A model generated the notes under the pieces. It worked only from the letters and a program-made list of their open reading frames with translations. It ran no database searches and was not told the DNA's origin. This document shows, piece after piece, positions 63,209-64,000 of a stretch of DNA of 64,000 nt. The translations under genes and the position numbers were made by a program. The stretch's first letter is position 1; each line of letters starts with the position of its first letter. This DNA is from Octopus bimaculoides (Eukaryota), in NCBI RefSeq assembly GCF_001194135.2, contig NC_068990.1:49275677-49339676 (forward strand), written 5' to 3'.

Positions 63209-64000
63209 CCCTTTCGTTACTAAGCCGGCCGAAAAAATTTTTAGTTCATAAGACCAAGCCGGCCGAGAGTACCCATTGTTATTTAAATGTAAATTTCAAC
63301 CCAAATCTGGTTAGTACATTCGTTAAAACACGTGATTTCACTTTGCAAACAGTTGAGTTATTGTATCCAACATTGTTTGGCGTGATATTTGAACTCAGTG
63401 AATTTTGGAAGATTTTTTTTCCACATTTTTTGCGGCGTTAATTTTTTTCAACTTTGAAGATGGAGAGGAGTTTCATGCTATCAAGCAGTGATTCCGAATT
63501 TGAAGGTTTTTCAACCGAAGATATGAAGGTATCGAAGAAAAGAATGAATGAGCTACAAAAGCATGTGGTGGACGAAAATGAATCAGATATATCTGTATCC
63601 AAAACTGAAAGCAGTGACAGCGAGGATGATTTTACACCAGAATGGAGTAAAGATTTTTAAAATATTTTTATTAACAATTTTTCTGAGGAGACAGGGTCTA
63701 CCCATAGTCTTTCTCAGGAAGCAAAACCTTTAGATTTCTTTTTCCTATTTTTTCCAGCAGAATGTAAACAAGCCGGATAAAAAGATAGCTTGTGGTTTCC
63801 TGCAACCATAGATGAAGTACGGGCATTTTTTGCCATAAATATTATTATGGGTATTAGACAGTTACCCAGAATAACAAATTACTGGAGAAATCAGGAACCT
63901 TTTGGTGATCAGTATGTTTCCAGTATAATGACGAGAGTACGATTTGTGAAGCTGAATCAATATTTACATGTGAGAGACACTAGCAGTACCCCAGTACATG
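63209..64000 (+). mobile_element. piggyBac element with a pseudogenised transposase (runs off the window)
   Basis: TTAA (63205-63208)+CCCTTTCGTTAC terminus. One frame with two stops (63658-63660 and ~63778): MLSSSDSEFEGFS...PLDFFFLFF...WFPATIDEVRAFFAINIIMGIRQLPRITNYW...VSSIMTRVRFVKLNQYLHVRD, piggyBac/PGBD-type. Confidence 0.88.

Overview
AT-rich animal draft-assembly window with N-gaps at about 215-314, 758-1705, 5556-5793, 27022-27121, 28636-28645 and 56915-57570. The repeat landscape (RTE LINEs with (GAT)n tails, tRNA-derived SINEs, many mariners) suggests an octopus or other coleoid cephalopod; this is inference. Three spliced genes were reconstructed by hand, all with GT-AG introns in consistent phase: (1) a 5-exon LAMP1/CD68-like lysosomal membrane glycoprotein with a minisatellite mucin stalk (minus, 12455-25184); (2) the 59-aa COP9 signalosome subunit COPS9 (plus, 25561-33039), absent from the ORF track and head-to-head with LAMP across 376 bp that contain a CLEAR-type E-box, an M-box, ETS and NRF1-like motifs; (3) the 3' seven exons of the DEAD-box helicase DDX18/HAS1 (minus, 48177-61041; 5' exons outside the window). 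The rest is decayed mobile DNA: mariner, maT, pogo and piggyBac DNA transposons, RTE and Tx1/L1-like LINEs, Penelope-like fragments, two Gypsy LTR elements and SINEs. The most unusual observations are a 5S rRNA-(A)14-SINE chimeric retrocopy inside one perfect 22-bp target-site duplication, a palindromic twin-tRNA element, a 1.24-kb foldback hairpin (all three in LAMP intron 1), and a templated inversion inside an LTR. All alignments were done by eye; no searches were run.
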